Shown one piece after another: positions 29,334 through 44,098 of a DNA stretch of 64,000 bases. Position 1 is the first letter of the stretch, and the number at the start of each line of letters is the position of its first letter. The notes under the pieces were generated by a model, which was given only the letters and a program-made list of their open reading frames with translations, had not been told where the DNA came from and did no database searches. Position numbers and translations under genes: made by a program. Source of the stretch: Eledone cirrhosa (taxonomy: Eukaryota); assembly GCA_964016885.1 (NCBI GenBank), contig OZ024753.1:29202001-29266000 (forward strand). The letters run 5' to 3'.

Positions 29334-30376
29334 GGGGGGGGGGGCAGTTGTCTAGTTATACTAATTACTACAGGTGGTAACGGTTTCAACGTTCAAGGCT
29401 TATACGTGAATTGGATGTTCAGTGTTAAAAAGTGTGGTTTAACACTGGCAGAGTGTTTATATAACGAAAGAGATCGAACTTCTTAAAGCTTTAGCCATGG
29501 TAAGAACACTATTTCCAAGATATTTTTATAGCTAATCACACACAACGGAAAATTTATAAATTTGTTAAATAAAATTGATTTACATAGGCTATTTAAGTAA
29601 ACATTTAGAAGTTTGCCTTAAATTAAATTTTCGTTTAACTTGTTTTAGATTTGTTTAGAGATATTTGGTAATATGTCATCGGAATATGATAAAATGTTTG
29701 AAGTGTTTGATACTTCCAGTAATAACGTTGGAAAAAATATATAAATGATGATTCAGTTAGATATGTATGCTTAGAAGTGAAATTTGGGTTTCTGAAGTGG
29801 TTTTAAGGTATTTTGAAATATTAACATGAGAAGACTCTCAAAAATATGTCAACGTGATTCCACCATAACTACGAGAGATATTTAAATGGATATAATTTAA
29901 TAAGTATCTGTTAAAGAAATATTCTACATATCAATAATACTTTACATTTGGGTATATCATATTTCTAGACTGGAAACGAAAAACAAAAGAATGCTGCCAT
30001 TGAGAGAGGGAGGAGAGGGGGGAATGAAAGAGGAAGGAAAGAGAGAGGAAAGAGAGTGGGGAAAGAGAGTGAGAGAATGAATGAGGATGACAGAAAAGAG
30101 AGAAAGAATGAGATTGAGAGAAGAGAGAGTGTGAATAAGATTGAGAGGAAAGAGGGAGAGAATGAATGAGAGTGCGAAGATAGAGAAAGAGACAGAGAGG
30201 GAGTGAAAGAGAATGAGAGAGAGGGAGTGAAAGAGAATGAGAGAGAGGGAGTGAATGAGCATGAGAAGATAGTAAAGAGAGAGAAAAGAGAGAGAGAACA
30301 ATTATATATACGTTTGTTTGAGTGTACACGTGTTCTCATTCCATTCATAATGTGTGGTAACATGACATCACACCAA

Positions 30377-31237
30377 AACCCTGTAATATTACTTTACTAA
30401 TCTACCACTGGTTATAAACCCTGTAATATTACTTTACTAATATACCACTGGTTATAAACCCTGTAATATTACTTTACTAATATACCACTGGTTATAAACC
30501 CTGTAATATTACTTTACTAATATACCACTGGTTATAAACACTAATATTACTTTACTAATATACCACTGGTTATAAACCCTGTAATATTACTTTACTAATC
30601 TACCACTGGTTATAAACATTGTAATATTACTTTACTAATATACCACTGGTTATAAACACTGTAATATTACTTTACTGATCTACCACTAGTTATAAACATT
30701 GTAATATTACTTTACTAATCTACCACTGGTTATAAACATTGTAATATTACTTTACTAATATACCACTGGTTATAAACCCTGTAATATTACTTTACTAATC
30801 TACCACTGGTTATAAACATTGTAATATTACTTTACTAATATACCACTGGTTATAAACATTGTAATATTACTTTACTAATATACCACTGGTTATAAACATT
30901 GTAATATTACTTTACTAATATACCACTGGTTATAAACATTGTAATATTACTTTACTAATATACCACTGGTTATAAACACTCTAATATTACTTTACTAATA
31001 TACCACTGGTTATAAACATTGTAATATTACTTTACTAATATACCACTGGTTATAAACACTCTAATATTACTTTACTAATATACCACTGGTTATAAACACT
31101 CTAATATTACTTTACTAATATACCACTGGTTATAAACACTGTAATATTACTTTACTAATATACCACTGGTTATAAACACTCTAATATTACTTTACTAATA
31201 TACCACTGGTTATAAACACTCTAATATTACTTTACTG
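30377..31237. repeat. 40-bp minisatellite, about 21 copies
   Basis: Unit gtaatattactttactaatataccactggttataaacatt. The 40-bp period is directly visible. Confidence 0.95.
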
Positions 31238-31575
31238 ATGGTCTAACACCGTTCTGGATTTAATTGGATTCTGCCAAAGTATTTGACCTAATTTACATGT
31301 TTGTTAGATTTAAGTAGCATATTTCTTTTTTATGAAGGATTACATTAGATATATTTTTCAATATCAAACAAATTAAGTGGACAACCAGCTGTGTATGTGT
31401 GTGTGTGTGTGTGTATATATATACATATATATATACATGTGTGTGTGCATGTGCCGTATGCGTGTGTGTGTATGTACATATGTGTATGTGTGTGAATGTG
31501 TATGTATGTATGGTCCAGTAACTCCCGCTAGAGTCGTAGGGGAGCCGTATTGACATACGGCGTTTCTTGGGCATA

Positions 31576-31635
<60 letters not shown>

Positions 31636-31641
<6 letters not shown>

Positions 31642-32725
31642 GGAAAAAATGAAACGAAATTTCATTTCCCACTCTTAGTACGGCTGTTACTTAAATATAA
31701 GTATGTACATGTACATACATATATGTATACAGACGTACAGTAGTATGTATATATATATATACATACATGCACACATATATATATGCACGTATGGATTCAC
31801 CGAACATTTATTATAATGCTCGGTGTGTTTGTAAAAAAACAAACATCCCGTATTAAGCCGTAGTGTCCAGCAACCATCGTTGCTCGTTTGTTCAACACTG
31901 ACAAAGGAACGCTGTACTAGTTTCAAGCTTATTAGCTATCGTCAGCAACGTATACCTTCCTGCCAGATTGTTGAACGTATATACTTACCTTATGCATATT
32001 AGCGGCTGAGTAACCCAATTTGTATATCGAGTGGGTTAATCGGCCGGGTGCACCGAAAACGATAAACGGAAAAAATGAAACAGCGTTCCTTTGTCAGTGT
32101 TGAACAAACGAGCAACGATGGTTACTGGACACTACGGCTTAATACGGGATGTTTGTTTTTTTACAAACACACCGAGCATTATAATAAATGTTCGGTGAAT
32201 CCATACGTGCATATATATATGTGTGCATGTATGTATATATATATATACATACAACTGTACGTCTGTATACATATATGTATGTACATGTACATACTTATAT
32301 TTAAGTAACAGTCGTACTAAGAGTGGGAAATGAAATTTCGTTTCATTTTTTCCGTTTATCGTTTTCGGTGCACCCGGCCGATTAACCCACTCGATATGCA
32401 AATTGGGCTACTCAGCCGTTAATATGCATAAGGTAAGTATATACGTTCAACAATCTGGCAGGAAGGTATACGTTGCTGACGATAGCTAATAAGCTTGAAA
32501 CTAGTACAGCGTTCCTTTGTCAGTGTTGAACAAACGAGCAACGATGGTTGCTGGACACTACGGCTTAATCCGGGATGTTTGTTTTTTTACAAACACACTG
32601 AGCATTATAATAAATGTTCGATGAATCTATACGTGCATATATATATATGTGTGCATGTATGTATATATATATACATACTACTGTACGTCTGTATACATAT
32701 ATGTATGTACATGTACATACTTATA
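31636..32725. mobile_element. Retrozyme-like HHR repeat, subfamily E1: one inverted permuted monomer plus about 1.5 direct monomers (426-nt unit)
   Basis: HHR acgttg CTGACGA tagct-aata-agctt GAAA ctag TA cagcgt at 32470-32512 (+) and about 31909-31951 (-). Confidence 0.85.
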
Positions 32726-32740
32726 TATATATATATATAT

Positions 32741-32796
<56 letters not shown>

Positions 32797-34686
32797 ATAC
32801 ATATGCATATTTATATATATATATACATGTGTGTGTGTGTGTGTTTCTGTGTGTATGCGTGTGTGGGTGTGTTCTATTGAATTTGTTTGTTTCTTTCTGT
32901 ATGTGTGTGTATGTAGGTGTGTACGTGTTTAAAAGGTTTGCTTCGTACTCTTGAGGTCGTTTACACTTCCTAGCAACTAAGGTAAATTTGTTTTACCATA
33001 GCCTCCGGTGTGGTAATATGGGGTAGACAGAAGCAGTATGGAAAACCAACTATACCAGTAATTCACCATGGCCCCTTGTCAAATGAGATACAATTGAAAT
33101 TATCCTAAATTTTGGAGACCAACACCAAGTAGCAGCCACGTCAGTAAGTGAAAAACATATACTTAACCCGTCATTAAACGTGAAAAACACTTTACTGTTT
33201 TTGTTTTAAAATATTTCATATAAAAGCATATTTTTCATATTTGAAACAACTATTTCATTGTCTTATTCATCATTTTAGTTGTTGTTGTTGTTGTCGTTGC
33301 TGTTAATGTCGTTGTAATTCGAACTGTTTTCACAATTAAGTTAAAATGTGTGCGCATTATAGAGAGGGAGAGAGAGAGAGAGAGGGGAGAGAGAGAGAGA
33401 GAGAGAGTGCGCGTGCGAGTGTGTGTGTCGAGTGCGCGTGCGAGTGTGTGTGTCGAGTGCGTGTGCGTGTGCGTGTGTTTGTGCGTGTGCGAATGTGTGT
33501 GTGTAATTAACAAAAAATTCCAGAAATAACTCGAGTCACATTTAATAGGTTGAATGCCAACAAAAATGCAAAGAAGAAAACACATAGTAAATGAAATAGC
33601 CTATTAGGGATAGTATCTGTTAGGGTGGCTTATTTTCATTGTTTTCTGCTATTACTCATTAATCAACTATATTTACTAATTATAATATAATTTACATCAG
33701 GCGGAGTAACAATTTCCAAACGACTTCAAGATTTTACGATTGTGTGTATGTGAAATACTGCTGCCGCTCGTGCAAGGAGTTGATATATTGATGAAATATT
33801 TTCACGATATAACAGAATTAAAGCAAGGCGGTGTAATAGGAAAAATAGCCTCCATCTGTTTGGTTGAGCTAATGTAATTTGGTGTGCAATGTTATTAGAT
33901 AAATTTAAGATATTTTTCGTAACATAATTTGAAATATATCCCCGAGCTACAACTGGTAGAATCAGTAAACTGATCTACAAAGAATTGATGTTTCTTACCC
34001 CGCCATGCTCCTTGTTGCTTTGAATTCCATGGCAAAAATATATGTATTCAAAACCTTAAGGAACTGCACAAGAATAAAATAAATATTTGTACTGTTAAGT
34101 TCCTGTACTGAATACAATCGTGCTCACAAAAATATGTTCCTATCCAAGACTAGCGTAATATGCAGGAGAAAGATTTTTATCTCATTTACTTATCTCAGAC
34201 TTGCCAACCTCTAAAAAGCCAAACGGGGAGTACCATGAAAAAAGGGGCCCCCAAAACTGGTAGAAATGAAGCAAAATGGGAAGATATAATGAAAATCATA
34301 CCCATTTTCACAAGGGAAGACACCACTCACACACCCCAAAGTCTCTCTCTCAAATCTCCCCGTCGGACGAAGAGAGTTTAGAGGTCTGTTATCTTTATGG
34401 AAGCTGGAAACATTTACTAGTATCAGCCTAGCAGATGCACGAGCATGAATGTATATCAGAGTTGCCCCCTTTGTGTAGGCAAAGTAGGAAGTGTTTATTT
34501 GGAATAAAATAATAAATATATATAATTAAACATAAAAAACTATTTCTTTACAATTTTTAATAAAAATGCTAATAAATATATGAAATTTAATGTAAAATAA
34601 AATGGTCAAATTTGATGTTAACCTATGGTGGTAGATTGGCCGAATATACAGATCTATCTATCTACACACACACACACATATATATA

Positions 34687-34796
<110 letters not shown>

Positions 34797-35798
34797 TAAT
34801 TTATTAAAATAACAGATTAAAGTTTAAGCAAAGAATCGCTGCTTTCACCCTTAACGGGATCTTCTGAAACTAACAAAGTCAATCTGTAAACGCAGAACTG
34901 GATATTTCAAAAAACGTTGCAACCGGAGGAAGACAGGAAGACGATACTTTGGTTCGTGGTAACGTTCGCTGGCAAAGAACGGGAAAAAACGAATAATACG
35001 TCATTAATAGGAGCGGTGAAAAACAATTACGCGCAAAGACAAATCCACGTTTATGGTATAAAAGAGGTCGTAGACTAATGTTCTCTTAGGTGGTGCATAG
35101 AGACGTTCTCTGGCAATGAACGAAAAAACGAAGATAATAAGTCATATGTGGAGCGTGGAGAACAATAGCACGCAAAGACAAAACCACGTAAATGGTATAG
35201 CAGAAATCGTAGACTAAAATTCTAACTAGGAGACCAAATGAATCTCCGCTACAGAGTTAAGAACAAAGTAAATAAATACAATACAGAAGTAATAGGAACA
35301 AATAAATACATACACGCAAACAGATACGTACATACACAAGCATACGCAAAACCTTACCATGGGTATACAAAACCACGCACATATAAATATGTGTGTGTGT
35401 GTATGTTTGTGTACAAATAAATAAATAATTATATAAACGTATATAAGTAAATAAATACGTATATAACAAGCGCATACGCATACCTACATATAAATACACG
35501 AATGTAGGAGACGTAAGTCAACTAAAACAAGAAGTACACATATACACACACCCACCATACGTACGAACCTGCACACTCACGCGGACGCAAAACTCCCGTA
35601 TACACATAGCCAAACCCTAAATACCAGAATATGTAAAAATTATACGCTATAACAGTCAAATATACGTACGAGAAGGTATACATACCTTCACAAAACATAC
35701 GGGTAATATATACTTACCTATGCAAATAAGTAAAGGAATAAACAAAACATATACTTAGCTCCCACATCAAAACGTAGAATATCCACGTATAGATCGTG

Positions 35799-37918
35799 CT
35801 ATCCGTTAAGGTATAACGTGGGGCTGTAATACAGGAAAGTTTTGTGCAATTTATGTTTACAAGCCGAAATTGCCTCAGATTTTTTGTTTAAGATGTGGTC
35901 TGTAGCGTAGAGTATTTCCAGGGCCTCAGCGGCGCAGAGGTCACATGGTCTTTTATTTCCGTTATACGATCTAGCCCTAGCTAGGATCTCCCAGTGTAAC
36001 TTATATTGGGTGTGGTTGTCTTTTAGACTCCAGATATAAGCTGAAAGTGACGTCATATTCCTTCTTAGAGGGTAACGAAAAGAATGGGTATGCATGTAAA
36101 GACGCTGCTTGAAACTATTGGCGGTTAACCCTATGTAGGCCCTACGGGACGTGGGTGTTACAACCTTACATTTGTAGACAATGTTACTAGAGAGGCATTT
36201 CCCGGATAGGGGGCAATCAGCCCGATTCCTACAATTACAGTTAGTACTACCTACAGGGTTGCACGTGTTCCTACGGCTAGGTAGTTTAGCTAAATTTGAA
36301 GCTGTGATGTTATGTGCAAGGTTAGGAGTTGTAGAGTAAGACATTTTAATAGTATTTCTATTAAAAATTTTACTGTAGGGGGAAAATGCTTCGTAATAAG
36401 GGAAAGAAAGATCTTAGCTAATGGTGTGGCCACCTCCATATTATATGGTGGGTTAAACCAACAAATGCGACGGGATCTATTTCTTCTAGGTCTATTTTCG
36501 TACACTGTATATGCTACCTTATCGACAAATCCACTTCGAGCAAGAGCTTCATTGTAATAAGTGGAATGGTCGTTGAAAATGCGTTCGTTGGTGGAAAGAC
36601 GGGAAAGCCTCAACGAAACGTTTCTTACCAGGTTCTTGGTTATGCTGGCAGGATGGTTGGAATGCTTACTTATGTAATTAAGCGTATCATTCGGTTTTCT
36701 ATACGGGTAATACAACCCATTCAATAAATTGAGGGTAACGTCGAGGTAATTAACGACCGAGAGATTGGCCTCAACCTGTATAGAGAGGTTGAAGCCTTTA
36801 AAGAAGGCTGTGAGTTCTTTTCTGAACCTGTCGCAAGCACGAGGTCCGCACTTAGTCATGGTCAAAAGACCATCGTCACGGTACAAACCACCGCCCGCGT
36901 TGGGGAATTCGTCCTTGATAGAGAAAAGAAGGAAAAGGCCAACAAGATCAGTAACCTCCGCAGAGTCACTGGCGCCCATACTCACGTCGAATGGGGTACT
37001 ATTGGATTTTTTAATCCAAATAGAGTCGTCGAAATTAATCACCGACTTTCGGGCATTAAGGATGACATCAACTTCAAAATCCTTAACCACTGTGAGTGTT
37101 TTAGCGAAATTGATAGCTCTAAGGAGAAGTGGTAAAGTGATGGAGGAGTAGTAATTGTTGATGTCGAATTGGATAAAACGGCAATGTTCCTTGTTACATA
37201 TGCCGTTGAACCAATCAATCACCGCGAAAGAATTGTTCCACAGTGCGAGAGGGGCCAAACTTCTAATTTCAGGTATAATTCTATCAAGAATCGTTTTACT
37301 AAGTCTACCTAAATCGGACTTCGTAGGGTTAATAAGCCGAATAGAGGGGTTGTTCGGAAAATTGGATTTGTGATCCTTCAGGGTAAAGTGGGGATAGATA
37401 GGGTCCAGAGGTTCGGTCCGGTCCAGGATGTTGAGATCAGATGTGATTTTAAACCCAGCATCGTTGATTTCATTGATGACGCACCGATTAGTTTTACGGT
37501 AATCCTTAGTTACAGCATTATGTAGTAGTTGATGGTAAGTACTGCGCTCCACTTGATATAGGTTGCCAGTTTTGTCGGAATGGACGTGCACGGCGTTAGA
37601 ATCCTTAATAGAACGAATTCTATTCTTCAGGTCTTGCTGGAAGGAATTGCTCCTATTCCGAAATTTGATATTCCGAATGAGTTCCAAGACATCATTTTCG
37701 AAGGGTAGCAATGCTGGGTTCCACGGAGGGTTATTATAAGTTTTAAATCCAAATTTATCCTGTTTGTTGTCTGCTTTTCGCGGATTATAGAAATAAAAGG
37801 CACGCCAACGCAACCTTTTAATGAACGCGTCTGTTTTCTGTATTAGGAGTTTTAGGTATGTTTTCCTGCTTGGTACGGGTATGTTCTTTGTAGAAATATT
37901 CAGATGTTGTTTCTGCAT
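35799..37918 (-). pseudogene. PLE RT-GIY-YIG polyprotein with one frameshift near 36370
   Basis: STKNIP...RLRWRA...SDKTG...LKDHK...FDINNYYSSI...MGASDSAEVTDLVG...GLYRDDGL...WFNPPY, then the GIY-YIG part NIVYKCKV...YIGLTANSFKQR. Confidence 0.92.
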
Positions 37919-39787
37919 GATGAATATAAGTCAGTAGAGTGCCTTTTTGGCGTGCCTTTTATTTCGATAATCCGCGAAAAGCAGATAAGTAAGCATTCCA
38001 ACCATCCTGCCAGCATAACCAAGAACCTGGTAAGAAACGTTTCGTTGAGGCTTTCCCGTCTTTCCACCAACGAGCGCATTTTCAACGACCATTCCACTTA
38101 TTACAATGAAGCTCTTGCTCGAAGTGGATTTGTCGATAAGGTAGCATATACAGTGTACGAAAATAGACCTAGAAGAAATAGATCCCGTCGCATTTGTTGG
38201 TTTAACCCACCATATAATATGGAGGTGGCCACACCATTAGCTAAGATCTTTCTTTCCCTTATTACGAAGCATTTTCCCCCTACAGTAAAATTTTTAATAG
38301 AAATACTATTAAAATGTCTTACTCTACAACTCCTAACCTTGCACATAACATCACAGCTTCAAATTTAGCTAAACTACCTAGCCGTAGGAACACGTGCAAC
38401 CCTGTAGGTAGTACTAACTGTAATTGTAGGAATCGGGCTGATTGCCCCCTATCCGGGAAATGCCTCTCTAGTAACATTGTCTACAAATGTAAGGTTGTAA
38501 CACCCACGTCCCGTAGGGCCTACATAGGGTTAACCGCCAATAGTTTCAAGCAGCGTCTTTACATGCATACCCATTCTTTTCGTTACCCTCTAAGAAGGAA
38601 TATGACGTCACTTTCAGCTTATATCTGGAGTCTAAAAGACAACCACACCCAATATAAGTTACACTGGGAGATCCTAGCTAGGGCTAGATCGTATAACGGA
38701 AATAAAAGACCATGTGACCTCTGCGCCGCTGAGGCCCTGGAAATACTCTACGCTACAGACCACATCTTTAAAAAAAAATCTGAGGCAATTTCGGCTTGTA
38801 AACATAAATTGCACAAAACTTTCCTGTATTACAGCCCCACGTTATACCTTAACGGATAGCACGATCTATACGTGGATATTTTACGTCTTGATGTGGGAGC
38901 TAAGTATATGTTTTGTTTATTCCTTTACGTATTTGCATAGGTAAGTATATATTACCCGTATGTTTTGTGAAGGTATGTATACCTTCTCGTACGTATATTT
39001 GACTGTTATAGCGTATAATTTTTACATATTCTGGTATTTAGGGTTTGGCTATGTGTATACGGGAGTTTTGCGTCCGCGTGAGTGTGCAGGTTCGTACGTA
39101 TGGTGGGTGTGTGTATATGTGTACTTCTTGTTTTAGTTGACTTACGTCTCCGAACACTCGTGTATTTATATGTAGGTATGCGTGTGCGCTTGTTATATAC
39201 GTATTTATTTACTTATATACGTTTATATAATTATTTATTTATTTGTACACAAACATACACACACACACATATTTATATGTGCGTGGTTTTGTATACGCAT
39301 GGTAAGGTTTTGCGTATGCTTGTGTATGTACGTATCTGTTTGCGTGTATGTATTTATTTGTTCCTATTACTTCTGTATTGTATTTATTTACTTTGTTCTT
39401 AACACTGTAGCGGAGATTCATTTGGTCTCCTAGTTAGAATTTTAGTCTACGATTTCTGCTATACCATTTACGTGGTTTTGTCTTTGCGTGCTATTGTTCT
39501 CCACGCTCCACATATGACTTATTATCTTCGTTTTTTCGTTCATTGCCAGAGAACGTCTCTATGCACCACCTAAGAGAACATTAGTCTACGACCTCTTTTA
39601 TACCATAAACGTGGATTTGTCTTTGCGCGTAATTGTTTTTCACCGCTCCTATTAATGACGTATTATTCGTTTTTTCCCGTTCTTTGCCAGCGAACGTTAC
39701 CACGAACCAAAGTATCGTCTTCCTGTCTTCCTCCGGTTGCAACGTTTTTTGAAATATCCAGTTCTGCGTTTACAGATTGACTTTGTT

Positions 39788-39838
39788 AGTTTCAGAAGAT
39801 CCCGTTAAGGGTGAAAGCAGCGATTCTTTGCTTAAACT
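39788..39838 (+). ncRNA. Variant hammerhead motif (family C; CAGAAGA core, CUU site)
   Basis: agttt CAGAAGA t-ccc-gttaa-ggg-t GAAA gcag-cgattct-ttgc TT aaact. The same variant occurs near 16220, 34865 (-) and 44165. Confidence 0.6.
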
Positions 39839-40469
39839 TTAATCTGTTATTTTAATAAATATTTGCTCTACGGTTCTTATATATTTGATATATATTTTCC
39901 TTATCGAGCCCTCTTTGGATTTTAGTCTTCAATTTTATTATTATTACTATATATATATTATATATATATATATATATTATATATTTCTATGATATATATA
40001 TATATTATATATATATTATATATATATATATATTATATATTTCTATTATATATATATATATTATATATATATTATATATATATATATATTATATATATAT
40101 ATTATATATATATATTATATATATATATATATTATATATATATTATATATATAGATATATATTATATATAGATATATATATTATATATATTATATATATT
40201 ATATATATTATATATATATTATATATATATATATATTATATATAGATATATATATTATATATATATATTATATATATATATATTATATATATATATATTA
40301 TATATATATATATATTATATATATATATTATATATAGATATATATATTATATATATTATATATATTATATATATATTATATATATAGACATATATTATAT
40401 ATATATATATATATTATATATATATATATTATATATATATATATTATATATATATATATTATAATCAAT

Positions 40470-41681
40470 TCGCTGCATAGGAAAATACCCGGTGCTACCG
40501 GAGGTTTATATAGAGATGACATGCTTTTACTTATTGAAAATAATAACTCTGAACTAAATAGAAAAAGAAAACAAATTACACAATGTTTTAATTACTTTAA
40601 TCTAAAAATAGAAATTGAGAATAACCATAGAATAGTCAATTTCCTAGATGTAACATTAAATCTCAACACATGTCTTCACTATCCATTTCATAAGTTGAAT
40701 GAAAACTTAAACTATGTCAGTTTTAACTCTAACCACACCCAGATCTGTTAAAAATACTATAGTGAACTCTGTTCAAAAACGTATCTCTAGAATCTCATCT
40801 AATAAAAAGATTTTCGACGAAAAAGCCCAGTATTACAATGAAGCGTTAGCTAGAGCAGGATATAGTGATAAAATTATGTACATAGATAATAATAGACAAA
40901 CTAACCAAAATAACAACAATTTTAATTACGGCAACAATTTTAACAACTATAATAGAAAGCATTACAATAATTCCAAAAGCCAAAAAAGAAATAGAACTAG
41001 GAATATAATATGGTTTGCCCCCCCCCCTTCTCACTAAACATTAAAACCCACATCGCTAAACTATTTTTTAATGCTCTTGATAATCGCCTCCCTAGAACAC
41101 ATCGGTATCACTCAATTTTCAATAGACATACTATAAAATTAACTTACTCATCCACCAAAAATTTAGCACAAAATATTAATAGAATAAATAATAGGAATTT
41201 AAAACCTAGCCAAAATACCGATAATAGCATAAATAATATCCAAGTAAACAAATGTAACTGTAGAGATAGATCTAAATGTCCGTTAAATAACAATTGGTTA
41301 GTTAAAAATATAATATACAACTGTAATGTTAAAACGGACTTAAATTCTTTTAACTATGTTGGTTCCACCTCGACAGAATTTAAACTTCGCTATAATAACC
41401 ACAAGAATTCTTTCACAGATCCAAGCAAAAAATCTTCAACATCACTATCAGGCTTACTCTGGCAACTTAAGCATGATAACGTTGGATATTCGACGGCTTG
41501 GAATATAGTCTCAAGAGGGATTCCTTTTAATTCATCCTCTGAGACATGTGACCTCTGCGCGGAGGAGATATTCTTTATACTAAAATCTAAAAATTCCCTT
41601 AATTTACGGACAAATTTATTCAGTTGCTGCAGACATAGATTGAACTCAACGTTTAAATATAAATATAAATTTAAAATGTAG
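40470..41681 (+). pseudogene. 5'-truncated PLE RT/GIY-YIG with frameshifts (same type as 35799-37918)
   Basis: GGLYRDDML...NFLDVTLNL...IIWFAPP...CNCRDRSKCPL...NIIYNC...YVGSTSTEFKLRYNNH...CDLC. Confidence 0.88.
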
Positions 41682-42763
41682 TATATTTACTTTGATTTAT
41701 AATTATTTATGAAACTCGCCGATAAATCTTTCGATTTCTTTTTTTTAAACATTCTTCATGAATAATTAAACTACCCTAAAAGCTGATGCTCCAAATATAT
41801 CGAATAAATTTTACACTAGATAAACTTCTATAATAAATATAAGACCATCTGTAGATCAAATGGGTATCCTAAACATTTGGAATGATTTCTGCTAGACAGG
41901 ATTTGGTAAATAATTTTGGTTTTGTTTGCTTTTGATTCTGATGCTTATAATGAACTTGGCAATATATTTTCAATTAATTTTGAAGGGTTGATCTCTGTGG
42001 TTGATTTGCGGGGCATACTGTGTTTTATCTTTAATATTTTTTAATTTTTTATTGATATATTGATATCTGTTGTCTATTTATGCTTGAACGATAATCATGT
42101 AGAGTAAAGACAAGAATAGTATTGTTAAAATTAATGTAGATTCTATATATATTTGTGTGTATGTACACATATATATATACTAGAATTTTTATAGTACAAT
42201 GAGAATGTTTTCATGTGAAATAGGAATTTGCAGAGTTGATCACGTAAATTCACATGGAAGTCTATAGTATCGAATCTGGGATAACCTTCTATTTTCTTTT
42301 TCTTTTTCTTTTTTCATGAAAGTGCATATATACTTATGTATTTCAATTTTTTTTTGAAGTTTTTTATCTCAGTTTTTTATCTCAGTTTTTTATCTCATTT
42401 TTTACCTCAACTCTGATATAAACCTAGGAATTTTAAACTAGACATATGATCATTATTTTTCACACATTATTGATACGTGTCTCATTCATGAATACTGATA
42501 TTTACATTATAATACCTAATTCATACGAATTGATATTTTTACATTGATGAAACATAATGTTTTAAATCTGCCTCGTTTATATCTGGATATTTTTCTTTTC
42601 TCTCTATGTAACGGCTGTTTTCTCTCCTAACCACATATATCTCTCTCTACCTTAATACTAGAACTAAATAAATAAATAAATATATCATTGATACGTCATT
42701 CAACTGGTGCCCAACTACTTATTTTCTTTCTCTCTATCTCTATCTATATCTATCTCTCTCTAT

Positions 42764-42819
<56 letters not shown>

Positions 42820-43019
42820 TTCTCTCTCTCTCTCTCTCTATCTATCTCCCTCTGTGTTTTTTCTCTCTCTATCTATCTCTCTCTGTTTCTTTACATGAAT
42901 TTCTTCTCTCTATCTATCTCTCTATATCTATCTCTCTCTATTTAGTTGCATGCATTTCTTCTTTTTCTTCGCTTTTTCTTTCTTTCTTTTTATAACTGTC
43001 CCTAACATTTTTCACTACC

Positions 43020-43202
43020 AAATCAACTTTTTAAATGGAAGTTGAAGTTGTAAGGTATGTCAAATCTAACTTTTTATAAGACTGTTTATATTGTATTTTG
43101 TCTGAAGAAGGCATACCATATTTTTAATATGATATCCCTGAAATATATATAATGAAATAAATATGGTTTTATAAATATAGTTTCCATTTATTTAATATCG
43201 TA
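43020..43202 (+). mobile_element. Family D HHR element (short arm)
   Basis: Homologous to 21950-22132, with core CTGAAGA near 43102. Confidence 0.75.
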
Positions 43203-43226
43203 TATATTATATATATATATTATATA

Positions 43227-43266
<40 letters not shown>

Positions 43267-43476
43267 ATATATTATATATATATATATATTATATATATAT
43301 ATATTATATATATATATATATTATATATATATATTATATACATAAATATATTATATATATTATATACATAAATATATTATATACATAAATATATTATATA
43401 TATATATATATATATTATATAATATATATATATTATATATATATATATATTATATTATATATATATTATATATATA

Positions 43477-43551
<75 letters not shown>

Positions 43552-43576
43552 CATATATATATATTATATATATATA

Positions 43577-43659
<83 letters not shown>

Positions 43660-43697
43660 ATATTATATATATATATATATTATATATATATATATTG

Positions 43698-43733
<36 letters not shown>

Positions 43734-43735
43734 TA

Positions 43736-43766
<31 letters not shown>

Positions 43767-43795
43767 TAAATATATATATATATTATATAAATATA

Positions 43796-43852
<57 letters not shown>

Positions 43853-43890
43853 ATATATAATAAATATACATATATTATATATATATATAT

Positions 43891-43943
<53 letters not shown>

Positions 43944-43990
43944 ATTATATATATATATATATATTATATATATATATTATATATATATAT

Positions 43991-44022
<32 letters not shown>

Positions 44023-44098
44023 ATTATAATATATATTATATATATATATTATATATATATATATATTCATATATATATATATTATATATATATATATA

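Larger units (their letters stand above)
34797..39948 (-). mobile_element. Near full-length Penelope-like element with a 1.9-kb inverted arm
   Basis: The body lies on the minus strand (34797-37984). 37985-39860 is the reverse complement of 34797-36673, followed by a tail extension of about 90 nt. Confidence 0.93.

Noticed and set aside
30377-31237. CRISPR-like regular repeat
   Set aside because: Contiguous 40-bp units with no unique spacers, no cas genes and a eukaryotic context make it a minisatellite.
31512-31578. Possible HHR 3' half on the minus strand (gaaac-gccgta...tacggc-tc)
   Set aside because: No CUGANGA half and only a single copy.
34797-39860. Assembly fold-back artefact as the explanation for the large inverted repeat
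   Set aside because: The arms differ by scattered substitutions, a unique 1.3-kb spacer lies between them, and the same termini recur in separate copies. It is not fully excluded without raw reads.
35799-41681. Selenocysteine recoding in the YRDD-type PLEs
   Set aside because: I saw no in-frame UGA at Cys positions. The ORF breaks are frameshifts, and there is no convincing SECIS in the 3'UTR.
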